From the NCBI RefSeq assembly GCF_006345805.1, contig NC_043006.1, positions 67,890,001-67,954,000 of the forward strand: a stretch of DNA of 64,000 bases, given 5' to 3'. The translations under genes were made by a program, and so were the position numbers. Within the stretch, counting starts at the first letter, position 1. Every line of letters begins with the position of its first letter. Source of the stretch: Octopus sinensis. Its lineage: Eukaryota. Under the pieces are notes generated by a model. It was not told where the DNA came from, made no database searches, and saw only the letters and a program-made list of their open reading frames with translations. Positions 1 to 14,029 of the stretch are shown piece after piece.

Positions 1-909
1 AGGAGAAGGAGAGAGAAAAAGAGTGGGAGACAGCAGGACAGAGATGGTGGCAAACTCAAAAGGAATGGGGATCAGAATATAATGGAATGGTTGAGTAAAA
101 GAGAGATATAGATGGTGGCAAGTGCCAGAGTATATCCTTGAGGTTTGAATGTAATAATATAAGTGGCAGGATATTGCAAAGGAAGTGCGATTAAAGAGTG
201 TGAGTAAGTGGTGCAAAACCTAGGTATATTTAGAGTCAGGGGGCTACCAGATATCAATGACACAGAGGAAAAAGGCCATGGGGACAGGATCAGGGAGTGA
301 GAGCTAGACAGTGTATGAAGAAGGAAATGTGAGAAAGAGATGAGGAGATGTAAGGGTGATGGAAAAGTTTTGTTACATGTGGGTGGAACACACAGAACAG
401 GGGCTAGCTGGTAGCAATAATACAGTGAGACAGGACATGTGGGTAGAACACACAGATCGAGGGCAAGCAGATAGCAATGATACAGTGGCACAAGGACAAG
501 GGGACAGGATTGGAGAGTGGGAGGTAAGCATAGTGCATAAAGCAGAATTGTTAGGAAGAGATGTAGAGATGCAGTTTGGTTTGTTGTGATAGTGTGTGAG
601 AAGATTTCTTGTTAAGTGTGGGTGGGACACATTAAATTTTTTTTTTAACAACAATTCCAATTCCATGTTGACTGTTTATGCATTAAAAAACTGTATTTAA
701 AAACATAACATTCAGCTGCTACAACTACAAGTCAGATGTAGAGGATTCATTGAACACAGTATGAGGTGACTGTTGTTATTAAACCTAACTCATTGTAAAG
801 CAAATATCACCATGAGAGATATCCAGACTACAGTGGAAAAGGCAAGCCACTGGATTCAGTTAAAAAGGGATGATAAGCAATGGCTAGAAGAATATTGAGC
901 GAAACCTAA

Positions 910-1306
910 TCTAGAAAGTGGGGGCTGGCACGCAATGATACCACCAAGAGGAAGGCCCTGAAACAATCCACATTCTCTCCTGATGACCCCATAAACTTGC
1001 TAGCATCCGATATGCAAAGCTTTCAATTCTAGAAAGTGGGGGCCGCATTTTGACAAGGTGGGGGCTGGCATGCAATGATACCACCAAGAGGAAGGCCCTG
1101 AAACAGTCCACATTCTCTCCTGATGACCCCATAAACTTGCTAGCATCCGATATGCAAAGCTTTCAATTCTAGAAAGTGGGGGCCGCATTTTGACAAGGTG
1201 GGGGCTGGCACGCAATGATACCACCAAGCGGAAGGCCCTGAAACAGTCCACATTCTCTCCTGATGACCCCATAAACTTGCTAGCATCCGATATGCAAAGC
1301 TTTCAA
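910..1306. repeat. Three tandem units (118, 140 and ~139 bp)
   Basis: Units start with tctagaaagtggggg at 910, 1028 and 1168 and are nearly identical. Confidence 0.95.
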
Positions 1307-1409
1307 CTGGTAGAACTTGCATCTGCAAGTTGTTTACAAAAAAACAAAAAACAAAAAATCATATTTGTTATGAAAAGTAAGAGTAAACACAAAAAGTAAA
1401 CAGACTTAC

Positions 1410-1600
1410 ACAAGATATTTCTGGTCCCCTGCTAAAGTCAAATTCATTTGAACATGGTACTCCCTGGAAGATAACTGGGGTATTTTTAATTCTGTTTTAT
1501 TCTCCACTTTACTCAAAATACTCCTGTCATACTGTACAGACATTGTTACTCCTGTCACTGATACTGGGATATAATTCTCATTACTGAAGTTGTATTTATT
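1410..1600 (-). CDS. TMEM106B: TMEM106B-like coding exon 4 (luminal domain); the gene appears to continue left of the window
   Basis: ttttcag|AAT...GT|gtaagt, 191 nt, encoding NKYNFSNENYIPVSV... with the NxNY motif and N-glycosylation sequons NFS, NKT and NLT. Confidence 0.85.
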
Positions 1601-1785
1601 CTGAAAATAAATCAAAAGAAATAGACAATTAAGAAATGCATGCATATACAGAATAATACACTAGAGTGAGTACAACTATGTTGTGCTATATGCTGTTTTA
1701 TGAGCAAAGTACCAAACAATACAAGTTGATAAACAACTTACCATTAACCCTTTAGCATTCAGCTTTCTCTGTCAAATGTAGTACT

Positions 1786-2160
1786 TACTCTTTTACTTGT
1801 TTCAGTCACGTGACTGTGGCCATGCTGGAGCATCACCTTTAGTCAAGTAAATCGACCCCAGGACTTATTCTTTGTAAGCCAAGTACTTATTCTATCGGTT
1901 TCTTTTGCTGAACCTCTAAGTTACAGAGATGTAAACACACCAATATCGGTTGTCAAGCGATGTTGGGTGGGGGGGACAAACATATACACACACATACATA
2001 TATACGATGGGCTTCTTTCAGTTTCTGTCTACCAGATCCACTCACAGGGCTTTGGTTGGCCCGAGGCTATAGTAGAAGGCACTTGCCCCAGGTGCCACGC
2101 ATTGGGACTGAACCCGGAACCATGTGGTTCGTAAACAAGCTACTTACCACACAGTCACTC
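1786..2160 (-). mobile_element. tRNA-derived SINE (same family as 52146)
   Basis: Reverse-complement similarity along the full length. Confidence 0.85.
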
Positions 2161-2429
2161 CAACTTATTGATTTGAATTAGTCATGCATTACTTTGTAGC
2201 TGTGAGATTTTAATGTAATTGTTTATTTTTAGAATAATATTGCAGGGTACATGTGAGAGGCTGGATCTGGCCTGTTTGAAGATAAAACAAGAAGATTATT
2301 TTGGCCGGATATAGATGGTTTAAATGCTAAAGGGTTAATTCAAACATTTATTTTTGCTGTACAAAGTAAACCAAAATTTAAATAAACTGTTTTTGCAATG
2401 AAAATCCTTAAATGAATTTTATTTGACAA

Positions 2430-2775
2430 GGCACAGGTATGGCTTTGTAGTAAGAAGTTCGCTTCCCAACCACATGGGTCCGGGTTCAGCCTCATTGCAT
2501 GGCACCTTGGGCAAGTGTCTCCTAGCATAGCCCCAGGCCAACCAAAGCCTTGTGAGTAGATTTGGTAGATAGAAACTGAAAGAAGCCCAGTGTGTGTGAG
2601 TGTGCGTCTTAGTGTCTTGTTCGGTTTATTTACATCCCATAACATGGTTCAGTGAGGAGACCAACAGAGTAAGTACCAGGCTTTAAAAATAAGTACTGGT
2701 ATTGATTTGCACAACTAAAATTCAAGGTAGTGCCCCAGCATGGTCATAGTCCAATGACTGAAACAAGTAAAAGAC
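2430..2775 (+). mobile_element. tRNA-derived SINE (same family as 52146)
   Basis: Shared head, CORE-like box and tail. Confidence 0.8.
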
Positions 2776-2891
2776 GACTAAAATAACAACACTTCACATC
2801 TAGAGAAATTAAACCCTATGAAGCACAGACATGGCTATGTCCACTTGGCATCCTTGTGGTTCCACATTCAATTGCACTGTGCTGCACCTCT

Positions 2892-2939
<48 letters not shown>

Positions 2940-2943
<4 letters not shown>

Positions 2944-3159
2944 ATCCAAACAAGAAAACACAGAAAAAAAGGAGAAAAAAAAAACAGCAACGCAGGACGT
3001 GGAACAATTAAAGTATTATTGACGCTCAGGAAAGAAGGGAAGGAGGGTTTAACGTTTCGAGCGGAGCTCTTCGTCGGAAACAAGGAGAAGGAAAGATCCC
3101 AAGAAGGGAAGACAGAGGAAAAAATATTTTAGCTGGTGGTGCTCAAGAGATCACATGTT
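2940..3159 (-). mobile_element. (TA)n-embedded Penelope-like terminal fragment carrying a hammerhead fold
   Basis: Flanked by (TA)n, contains the HHR-like motif at 3047-3081, and has a second copy at 42648-42758. Confidence 0.65.
3047..3081 (-). ncRNA. Minimal type I hammerhead ribozyme-like motif (U4C variant)
   Basis: GUUU-CCGACGA-A-GAGC(UCC)GCUC-GAAA-CG-UU/AAAC: 4-bp helix I, 4-bp helix II and palindromic ACGU helix III. Confidence 0.65.
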
Positions 3160-4718
3160 ATATATATATATATATACTCACAAAAAATTTAGCAGAAGAT
3201 TTAAATACTGATAACAACCAAAAAAGTAGCCGTTTTCTCAAAGCTACTTGTGATATTTATTTTGTAAAAGTATTACAGACACTCCTTTGTTAACTCTTGC
3301 CATCAGAAACAAAAACTTACATCCAATGTCACTATCGTCCAATTACAATACAAAAATCAATAAGTATCTCATCTTTCCTAAAAAATTACCCAACTGAAAC
3401 CATCACATCCCCAAAAAGTGCAAAGAGTGATATGAAACTTTGGTTACTCTGGAGATATTATCAGTGATGTATTCAATATCTAAGTTTCCTTTTTAAGAGC
3501 CCAGCATATATATATATATAATATATATATATATATATACATAAGCAGTACATACGACTATGGTACTTGGATTCTATATTCCTACCAACCATAATTTGGA
3601 AACATATACATATATGTGTGTGTGGGTGTGGGTGTGTGTGTGTGTGTAACCTCTGAACTGCTGTACAAAGTCAAATTCAAATTGTCTTACACTTACTAAT
3701 TAGAGAATCTAAAAATGGTTGGCCATGTTATAAAAGGAATTAGATTAATAATAGGTTGGTGTAGCAGTTGTTGATACACAGAGTGTTTTTAACATTTTTT
3801 TGTCTTGTTATTTCCAGCAGAAAGTTTGTTGGAACAGGCAGGAGTTTGTTCATATTAGCTAAATGTTGCACAAAAGAGTATTGCTCAGTGTTTAAATGTC
3901 ATTGTTTTGGTTATAATGACCGAATGTTGGAGAGATGACACTGACATATTGTTGTGTCTACAATATCTACAAGATACAGACATTACTGTTTGATATATTG
4001 AATAGATGTTTTCTTTAGTTAATTGTGTAGAGTGAAATAGTGGAAATATTAATCTATTCTGATGATGCCAGAATTTTAATTTGTACAGGTACAATATGCA
4101 TACAGCTGTTTCAGATGAGATGTGACATTACACTGAATTTGACAATATAAGACTGCAGTTTTATTATGTGAGGTGTCCTACCAAAGTGGATTCTGGTGAA
4201 ATCTCATTAAAGAAATGATGTAGCCAGTAGGCTCTGCAGTTTATTGATAATTAAACTTGATAAATACTGAACTATCACTTTGGATTGTCTAAAGTACTTT
4301 GGATGACAGGATATTGGAGGATAGTTAGATGTTTTACTAATGTTAATGATTAAGTGTACGGAAGGTTTTTTTTTTTTTTTTTGTATTAGAAAATGGTTTA
4401 GATACTCATGTAGAGGGTGAGTGGAAGGTTATCAGATCAGAAATTAAACCAAAAATATGACATAAAGGGATGGAGTTTTGTTGAGTAGATCTGCTCAACC
4501 TATAAAGAAAAACAAAAATAGAGATACTGTTTAGATTACTTCTAATCTTAGAAGTGTTTTGTTTGGGACTTTTTTTTTTTTTGATAAAAGATATTTTGAA
4601 TACTGCCTATCCTATTCATGCTATGAAGTACTTGTAACAGTCCAGATTTGTAAAACTGAAGTTGTACATGGTCAACGACCATTCTATTTAAATTATATCA
4701 AAAACTATTTGTACTTAC

Positions 4719-4884
4719 CATAAAACTGAGGTAAACATATTGCATAGTGAGATTTATCTGGAGCTGTGAAGGTTCAAGATCAGGTTGATTACTTAAAGCT
4801 CGTACGTTTCTGGGAAACAGGAAATACAAAACAAGTCCTGCCACAAAACAGCAGATAATTATAGAAAGAATGACCCACTGAACT
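4719..4884 (-). CDS. TMEM106B: TMEM106B-like coding exon 3 (transmembrane helix)
   Basis: ttccag|A...ATG|gtaagt, 166 nt, encoding VQWVILSIIICCFVAGLVLYFLFPR..., a hydrophobic helix ending in the conserved FLFPR. Phases 2/0. Confidence 0.92.
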
Positions 4885-5599
4885 CTGGAATAAAAGAAAA
4901 ACAAATGATAATATTAATTTATAGCTATAATCATCAACATCTGTTAATGGCAAAATACTGAAACATCACAGAACACATTTAATACTTTAACCTGTTAGCA
5001 TTTAAACCAGTCACATCCAGCCAAAATTTTATATTTGTTTTATGTTCAAACTGACCAGATCCAGACTCTCACACTTACCCTACAATGTTATTCTACATTA
5101 AACAATTACCTCATTGAAATCTTAAGGAGATGAGATAATGCATGATTAATTCAAAATAATGTGAATTACTAAGTAATATGTTTGATAAAATAACCTTAAT
5201 ACTAAAGGATTAAGCAAAAGAACCCCTACCTAATTAAACTACTGATTCAAAAGTCAGTTTTAGATTTTATCCTTCATTATACAGGATGCACCAAGTGTTT
5301 GTGAACAAACTTTAACAGGTTGTAAACAGAATGACCTAATATTACACAACATGAGCCAAATTTTAACTTCTTTTTCAGATATACTGAAACCAAAATGGTA
5401 AATTCCAAATATGACACAATAAGGAAATGAAAAGACATGTTTAGCTTTTGGCTGCAGCTACCAAGCACAGCAACTTGGAGATCACCAGTTTCTTGAACAT
5501 GACTGGGTCCTTCATGTTCAGGGTCAGAAAAAAATTTGAAGCCTCTAGTATTTGTGGCAAAGAGAAAGGAATATTCTCAACTGTCAGGTTTCCAGGATG

Positions 5600-6440
5600 C
5601 TAAATTCATCTATTAAATCAAGGACATTGAGAACACCCTTCATGGGTCAATGAAGACCAACACTAAGTAGCTCAAAGTGACAGAGTCCACTATCTGACAT
5701 GTGATGCATAAGGACATCACATACAAGTCCAATGTGATAAGTAGGAAGATGAGTCTATATTTGGTACCTTATTGTGCCTTAGTTATTCTCTAATGTGAAG
5801 TAATTTGATAGAAGAGAAGATAAACAGAACCAGTAACAGGTGGCTCTATATGGACTGACCCTATAGACATGTCCACAGTAATACACAAGTTTCTTATCAT
5901 CTTGCACCATGTCACGGTCTCTTATAGAACCTTAGTGTCAATTCCATTACCTGCATCAAGGTGCTGGACATAGTAGCTAAGGTCTGGGTCAAGGAAAGAG
6001 ACGCCATGCATGTTCTAGTGGGATTCTGTTCCCTATGACATAACCTGTCTAACTCAGGTGTAGCTGATCAAGAATTTTCACAATTATGTAATCCCTAACA
6101 TGTGGCTTTCTAGCTTGCCTGATTTGAAACCCCATAGAGTGTTATATTTTGGGTGCTAGTCAGGGTGACTGAAGCAACCAGTAGCCTTACAGTACTAAAA
6201 ACTAGTTGGGGAGGGAGAGGGTCTGCCATCTTAAACAGAAGTATGGATCACTTGGTCCTGGAATGCAGACTCACTTTTCTTATGCTACATTGGAGCCTTT
6301 ATTAAGGAAGAAGTTGATTTTACTAGTTGGAGAGGGTCTGCCATCTTAAACAGAGGTATGGATCACTTGGTCCTGGTATGTAGACTCACTTTTGTGATGC
6401 CACACTGGAGCCATTATTAAGGTAGAAGTTGATTTTATTA
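5600..6440 (+). mobile_element. Highly decayed relative of the 52027-53270 transposon
   Basis: Patchy similarity (ctgggtcaag, gattctg, cctaacatgtggct...cctgatttgaaacccc) to the reverse complement of 52720-52900. Confidence 0.5.
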
Positions 6441-7308
6441 AATAGTCTCTGTCTTTGAGAAATCTAGTCCAATGTTGTGCTATTTTCCTAAGATTGTTTT
6501 TTGGTTTTCTGTTTGGTTCCTGTGTTTTACTCTTATTCTCATTTATTTGATGTACCCTATACAACAATCTTCATAGATTACTATTGAACCAGTTTCAAAA
6601 TACTTTAAAAAAAACAAAGCAGTTTCCTGTTTCAACATGTTAAAATATCTACACCTTTATAAACAAAGTATCTGTAATAGTGGGAGAGTATATGCCTAAG
6701 TATTTACTATCTTCTGCTGACAGCAGAACTGAGAAGAAACAGGATAAATCACTAAGATCATTCTTTTTTAATGTTTACATTAAATATGTTAGTTTAATTT
6801 AATTCTGTTCTCTACAATGTCCTATTTTAAATTGTCTAATCAGTGACTAATTATCACATAAAGACTATATCCCCTCAAAATCATTTTGAATCTGGTATGT
6901 ATCAAATTATGTCTGGCTAACAACATCTTATTAAGACTAGAACACATCCAGTGTTATCCTTATATTAACCAAATATCAGAACCACTCTCCACTATGTGTC
7001 TAATTTTTAATGTAAATTTGGGAATTCTTTTGCATGTCTTTCAAGACAAGAACTGTCATAAATGTTAATTACTTTTCTTCTCATAATGTGTATATGTACT
7101 TAATTATTTGACAGTTTAAAGGTTCACAAAACTAAGATCACACCAACTCTCATCATCAAGTTGATTACTACAAAAGAAACTGTTCAACTCTGTCAGTCAA
7201 AGCCTTGACATTATCTGAAAAATGTAAAGACCCACACATCTTCCTAACATAATTGCTAGCATAGTTCACCAGGGCAGTAAGTGTAAAATCCATACAGCAG
7301 ATACTTAC

Positions 7309-7372
7309 GTTCGTTGGGGTTTTAATCGTTTGTCACTAATTGGAATGAGAGCAACAAGTTGTTCTGCTTCAT
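7309..7372 (-). CDS. TMEM106B: TMEM106B-like coding exon 2 (not in the ORF track)
   Basis: tttag|AT GAA GCA...CGA AC|gtaagt, 64 nt, encoding (H)EAEQLVALIPISDKRLKPQR(T), the family signature QLVALIPxxDxRLxPxRT. Phases 1/2 fit the neighbouring exons. Confidence 0.92.
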
Positions 7373-10300
7373 CTAAACATAAAAAAAAAAGGAAACGATA
7401 AAAGTCAATGCAAAAGGTATAGTGACAAAATAATTGCTTTTTAAAAAAAATCAAAAAGCAAAAGAATTGAATGAAACAAAAAAATTCATTTTATTGGCCA
7501 TTTTTCATAACTTTATTTTTGTTTTCATCTGTGGACTATTTTCCAAAATGACCTCTGTTTCCAATTTGAAGCAACTTTTTACATGGTTGCTTGACCAGTT
7601 ACAAACTCTTCAGCAACCAACTCTTCAAATCACCAAAAAGATGGTATGTTTACAGCTGGAATACCTTTTATCAGAGGTTTATAGGTCTGAACTAGAGGCT
7701 AAACAAAAACTCCTCTAGTTGCTACACTCAAGAATATAACAGACAGAATCCAAGTAGAAGTAGCAAAATTTCTGAAAGCAAAATCAAGTAGAGATTAGGT
7801 CTACCACAGGCTTATGGCCATCTTTGGGTGTTTACAACAAAATGGCCTTTGTTGCAGCCATTTGGACCAGGTCACTAATCTGAAGATAACTCAATACCTT
7901 GATACATTGCAGAAAACCAAGAAGTGAGAGTGTCCCCTTTTCTCTGTCTTGGAAACCTGGAAAGATGGTCATAGGCACTGCCCCTCTTCCTCTAAGTTAC
8001 ATAATAAAGACACTGTAGTGTGTACTACAGTTGAAAGTGCTGAAAAGTTGAGACTAAGTGGGTCAACCATCAGCTATTTCCAACTGATGGATAGCAGTAT
8101 ATCTATGAAAGGTCATAAAGACAAAATCTTTTCTTCTGCAATATCTGACAAAATGCAAAACGTCCTTAAGTATGTTATATAACAAACTGTAGACATAAGA
8201 GCCACAACACTACATTGACTGCAAACACAAACTGAAGAATATTTCCACCACAAAGTATCAAATGTTAAGTGCGCTCCATTGGAATAAATTAATTTAGAAA
8301 TGTTTCAAAAACATTTTAGATCTGAAATTTAAAAACATTTTTTTTTGTTTTTGGTTACTTAATCAGAAAGGAAGGACAGTGACATTTTTCAGGACCTCTT
8401 AGATTGGTGGGAAGCAGTTATCTTCACACAGAGAACCTGAATGCTCACAAAAAAAAGTGTACTCTTAAAAGCACCCAATGTCCAGGTGGTGGCGTTAACA
8501 TTAGACCCATTACTCAACTCACTTTGTGGCTACTGATGATTTAGTTTAGTTTATTAGCTATGGATAATCAATTGCCAGTTTTAGCAATTTATTAACCATT
8601 TTGGGACTTACTTAAATCTAGATAAATGATGAAAGACAAAAATTGAATAAAAAACAAATATATTTTAGTTTTGTTCTTAAATTATATTTAATTGCATTGC
8701 TTATCACACACATATTGATGTTACAATATATTTGTGTATGTATTCAGTATTTTGTTATTTAAAAGATTGGCACCCAATATTAATGGTGGATAGAGATATT
8801 TTAGAAAAATTGCTTTCAATATTAAAAAAAAAGGGAGGGGCGAGTTACAAAGGATTACAGAAAGGTATTGGGACCAATGATCTATGGAATTTACAGTTCA
8901 GTGAGTCTAGACATACTGACACAGGTTGCTGTCTGGAATACTGAATACTCCAGAGAATCTTTCTTGTACAAATATATTGATATACGTACTGCAGAAGTTG
9001 TAGAAGGCTGAAGAATCTATATAAAGAGTTTAGTTAACTTTAACTTTAGTTAAATCAAGAAAGCTAGTGATAAGAGGTTACGTAAATCTTGCGATAGGGT
9101 TATATACAAGGATATCAGTGGAAAGGTACAATACGCAGTAAAAGAATGTGATTGCAGGTAGAGTATGTTTGGATAAACTAAGGAGAACAGGGAATAAACG
9201 GCATCAAGTATTGATGTCTGTAAAAGTTTGAGTGGAGAAAAAGGTTGAAGAGAAAAATTAAGAAAACAAATAAAGACAACGATGAGTTGACGGTGGGGAT
9301 ATACAAATATGGACAAATTCATGGTAAATAAAACAAGGATAATGAAGATTTCAGATTTGTAGTGGAAATGATGTGTGTGGATTTGACAATGATTGAGATA
9401 AGGAGTATTATTTAAAAAAAAAAACCTATCCAATATGAAAAAAAATTATATAAAATTGATGGTGATGAGGAGGTGAAATAAATTACAGACATAAAACAAG
9501 AGAATTGGGTAAAAAAACAGGTGATTAAATATTGTGAGTTGCTGGTGGATAATTGAGTGTTGAGATATAGGACAGGGAAAATCTGATGTTAAACCTGATC
9601 TAACAAGAAAATAACTGAGAGGACAATACTAAATGACAACAAATTAAAAAGAGCCGACTAAATACACTTGTCTAACCCATACTAATAGTTAAACATTATT
9701 TAAAATATTTTAGCAATGAAATTATTCATTTATGAAAAAAAAAAAATTTCCAATTTGAAAATAAAGAAAAAGGGGATAAAAAAGAAATTAGTAAAAGACA
9801 AGATGACAGCTGTAATTATATATCAAAATATGTAATTATAGCCAGAGAACGAGGCTTCTCTTATGGTCACCTCTTGTCAATAAAAACATTAAGTCAGAGA
9901 AAAAACAAATACTAGTAGATTAATAACTAAAAAATTATTAAGATACTCCACTTTTAGGTGACTTTTTCATATAAGTTGTCAACACAAGATGGTTAATAAT
10001 AATTATTGGAGGTACATGAAACAGAAAAGGTCAAGTGGTGCAGGCACAGCTGTGTTGTTAAGTTCTTTTTCCAGCCTTATGGTTCTGAGTTCAATCTTCA
10101 CAATACAATACCTTGGAAAAGTGTCTTCTATTATAGCCCTGGATTAAGTAATATCTTATGGGTAGAATTTCATAAATAGAAATTGTGCTGAAGCCCATCT
10201 TTTTTTTTTTTTTTTTTACACACAATTTTGACAGTGACTTCAAAAATTTTAACATGTAACAGCTAATTCAAACATTCTGATTAAGACATGACCTAGTAAA

Positions 10301-10688
10301 ACTTCAAGTTACTGTCAATAGAATCGCAATATTAGACTGTCTACATATCAAGAACTTTATTCAATCTAAGTGTTCACTGTTTTCATGCAAATAAAAACAC
10401 TAATTCTAACTACAAGAGTCACAAAGTTATTTGAGATATTTGTTCAATAAGAACCTCCTGGTAACTGTCACCATGGGGTGAATCAGTGAATAAACTATTA
10501 AAAGCCTGGAATCCATGACATTATTGTACACAAATTGAGATACAAAATAAATAAATCAGAGCAAAAACTTGTACTCCTACAGAAACTACTGCTAAAGACA
10601 AATATTTCTGTATTTCTGTACCCAACTAATGGGTAACAGTCGGAAAGTAAGAAATTTGAAAGAAATCATCTTATTTAGACTGGTGTTA

Positions 10689-10898
10689 AGGCGGTGAGCC
10701 AGCAGAAATGTTAGTACACCAGCAAAATGCTTAGCGGCATTTCGTCTATCTTTATGTTCTGAGTTCAAATCCTACCAAGGTCGACTTTGCTTTTCATCTT
10801 TTCAGAGTCGATAAATTAAGTACCAGTTGCATACTGGGATCGATCTAATTGACTGGCCCCCTCCCCAAAAATTTTGTGCCTTGTGCCTAGAGTAGAAA
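10689..10898 (+). mobile_element. SINE with a Nin/Deu-like central domain; other copies near 35025-35215, 47598-47690 and 59408-59620
   Basis: B-box gagttcaaatcc followed by ctttgcttttcatc...gtcgataaattaagtaccag. Confidence 0.75.
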
Positions 10899-13800
10899 TA
10901 AAAAATTAATCTTATGTCTTAATTTCAACATTTCAACCCCCACCTACAATCACTAGTAGTTGCCTATTTCATATTTAGACCATTGATTGATAACTTTTAG
11001 TGATAGATAAAAAGTCATGTCAACTATATCAACCTACGTAAGATTTCAAATGTCTTAAGTGTCAAACCACTCCTATTGTTACCCAGTTAACATTTATCCT
11101 GGGTCATAAGCTATGCCATCCAAAAAATTCGAGAATTATTAATTACTAGCTGGTTATCAGCCAGACATTCATAAAGGATAGGCCATTAAATGATTCTACC
11201 AAATGCATGTATCTAAATATGTCCAAATATAACTTAACCTTTTTTGGCCTTTTACTAGTTTCAGTCTTTCAACTGTGGCCATGCTAGAGCATCATCTCAA
11301 AGGATTTAGTCTCAAATTGACCCCAGTACTTATTTTCAAGTCTGGTATCAGTCTCTTTTTGTTGATCTGCTAAGTAATTTCCGCAAACTACATGGCAACC
11401 TCAATAGTGCAGATGGCAGGGAAAAAAAAGCACCCAATATTGCTGTAAAGTGGTTGGCATTAAGAAAGGTATCCAACCATAGACACCATGTCAAAACAGA
11501 CGTTCGAGCAATATGCAGTCCTTGGACACGTCACATCATGTCAAACTGTCCAGCCCATGCCAGCACTGATCACAGACATTAAATGATGGTGACAATGACA
11601 ACGGTACTTATTTCATCAATGCGTATTTGTGAAACTGCTGTGTTGCAGTACATCAACATCACCAAGTTTAACTAACATAAATGAAATACACAGATTACAC
11701 ACACACATTAGGCTACCATGCTGTTTCTAACTACTAAACTTTCACTCAAGGCATTGAGATTATTGTAAAAGGCTTTGGTCCAACCTTCTACACAGTGGGA
11801 CTGAACCCAAACCACATAGTTACAAAGCAAACTGTTTAACCATACAACCATGCCTGCATTTATGTCATTACTATGTTTGTTTATAGAATCCAGAACTCAA
11901 TACGGTAGCTACTTTATTTTGTCCACTGAGACTGTGGGTTCAAATCTAGCCATTATGAACTTTTCTGATACAAGAGTATAATACAGCATAGTAAGATTTG
12001 TTAAATCTTCACCAATGTAGTTGTACAATAACAGAATAATATGGATAAATTAGGTTTTTGATTATGTTCCATTATTAAGATTATTTACTTCTTGATGTGG
12101 AGTGAAAAATAATAGAAAATAACTCTCAATGTAGAAGAGGTGACAAGTATATATAAAAAGGACTATAGCTTTCAGAGATGATGCCTTCTAAGGCTGCACA
12201 TTCAGTACCACCTATGTGGACATTTACTCCATGAAAAAACAATGCTTAAACAAAATACAAAAAAATAACCATGGAATTTTCGTAAGCAGTGCTAGTCTCT
12301 ATATTAAATTCTAAATCATTAAGTTGAAGTGACATTTAGTTTGCAGTAAGCTAGACTAATGTAATTAGAGCGTCTTGGACAAAATGAAAAACAAAGCTTA
12401 CTTTTGTAAAAATTTTAGAATTCTGTTCACTTTTCAAAATAAGAGGATTCTGATGGATTTAGATTGCAGACATAATTCAGTTTGGATGAATATCAAGTGG
12501 TTAAAATGACTCGTTTTAGTTATACAAATTGACTAGATGAAAGAAAATATTTTGTTGTAAGATATAAGTGGAATGCTGAACAAACCTCTCTTTTACAAAA
12601 CTATTTAGAAATGTCACCATTGATGACAGAGAAAACGCTAAACTATTTAGTTCAACAGAATATTTTCTATGTTTACTCTGTCCCTAAGTGGAATTGCTAA
12701 CACAAATGGAACAGCAAAGTTATCAAACCCTCTGACTCTTAATGCTTTAGCTGTTTTAGAGTCACTTTCGCATATCACTACGACTGTAACAGTATTGAAA
12801 ATTAGGCTATTCACATGTTGCAAAAGGCTTTTACAGTCGAATAACTTTTCCTGCCATAAACTCTCAAATCAATGTGGGATGTGGTTTTGTTAAATACATA
12901 GTAAAAGGTACTTCATATGTACTCAATGTAAGCAATAACTTACTCGCATAATGTAGTGAGATGGCAGACTAAATCAGAACCAGGTTATCACATGTGTTAA
13001 ATGTATGAATATTTAACAGGAGCACTCGTGAAATGTAGTCCAAGGACTTTAGTTTCCTAGTTGTAGTTGGTAGTTTGTTACCAAGGTGATCTAACTTAAT
13101 GTCATTAACTAATTCTCATCAGATTTACTCCCAGCTTTTAAAGACTTAATATATTAACACTAGTAAATTTTATAACCTCAAAATATTTTATAAGACAATA
13201 TTACATAATTTGCTATAGAGCAAGGATGAGACTGAGCAAATAATCCCACCTTAGTTTGCAAGTAAATAATTAAATATTTTGAGCTTAATAAAATTTAGTG
13301 CTGTTAATATATTAAGCCTTTAAAAGCTAAGAGTAAATCTAGTGAGAATTATTCAGTGACATTTTTATTTTCCAGTAAATAGGAAATAACTTTGGACAGG
13401 TTTTAGTTCTACTCTGCCAGCTACATATAACCATTACTATATTTGCCAAATTGCCTTCAATTTGTGCTGTGAATATTCTAGAGGTATTGCATGTAACTCC
13501 TAGCCTCTGTGTGTGTGCGTGTTGTATGTTTATGTTGTTGAAAGTCTGTTGTATTCAATGTTTTATGGCATTGCTAGTAAGAAGGGAGACTGGATTTGGT
13601 ACATGTTACAAGTAAACTTATTTTAGAGCAGGTGTCTAGGTGAAAGTAAGAGCATCAGTACAGCTCTTGAAAATGGTTTGAGGGTGATATTTACATAAGT
13701 GACTGTGTGGATATTCTAGGGAGAGGTGAAAATAACATGTAGGTATAAATTGAAAAGTGTGGTTAAAAGGATGGATCCCCATAGCGATCCATTCAGGAAA

Positions 13801-14029
13801 TAGCAAATTTTGTACATTAATAACTAATCTGACAGGCAGTTTGTCAGCGGGTTGTTTAACCCTTTAGTATTTAAACCAGGGCTGTGGATTCAGAGTCGGA
13901 AATAATTAAGGGGTAGCTGGATTGGAGTCGGTAAAACTACACCTACTCCAACTCACACTTTATTCTTTAATATAAACCGGTTATAACATATAGGCCCACT
14001 CAGAGTACAAGTATATGCTGCTTGCGATA

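Noticed and set aside
72-666. Short ORFs in purine-rich sequence as further TMEM106 exons
   Set aside because: No family motifs. The region is low complexity with a 60-bp tandem duplication (375-495).
910-1306. XbaI, NheI and HindIII sites in each unit suggesting vector sequence or a CRISPR-like array
   Set aside because: Whole units repeat with no unique spacers and there is no vector backbone; the context is a eukaryotic intron.
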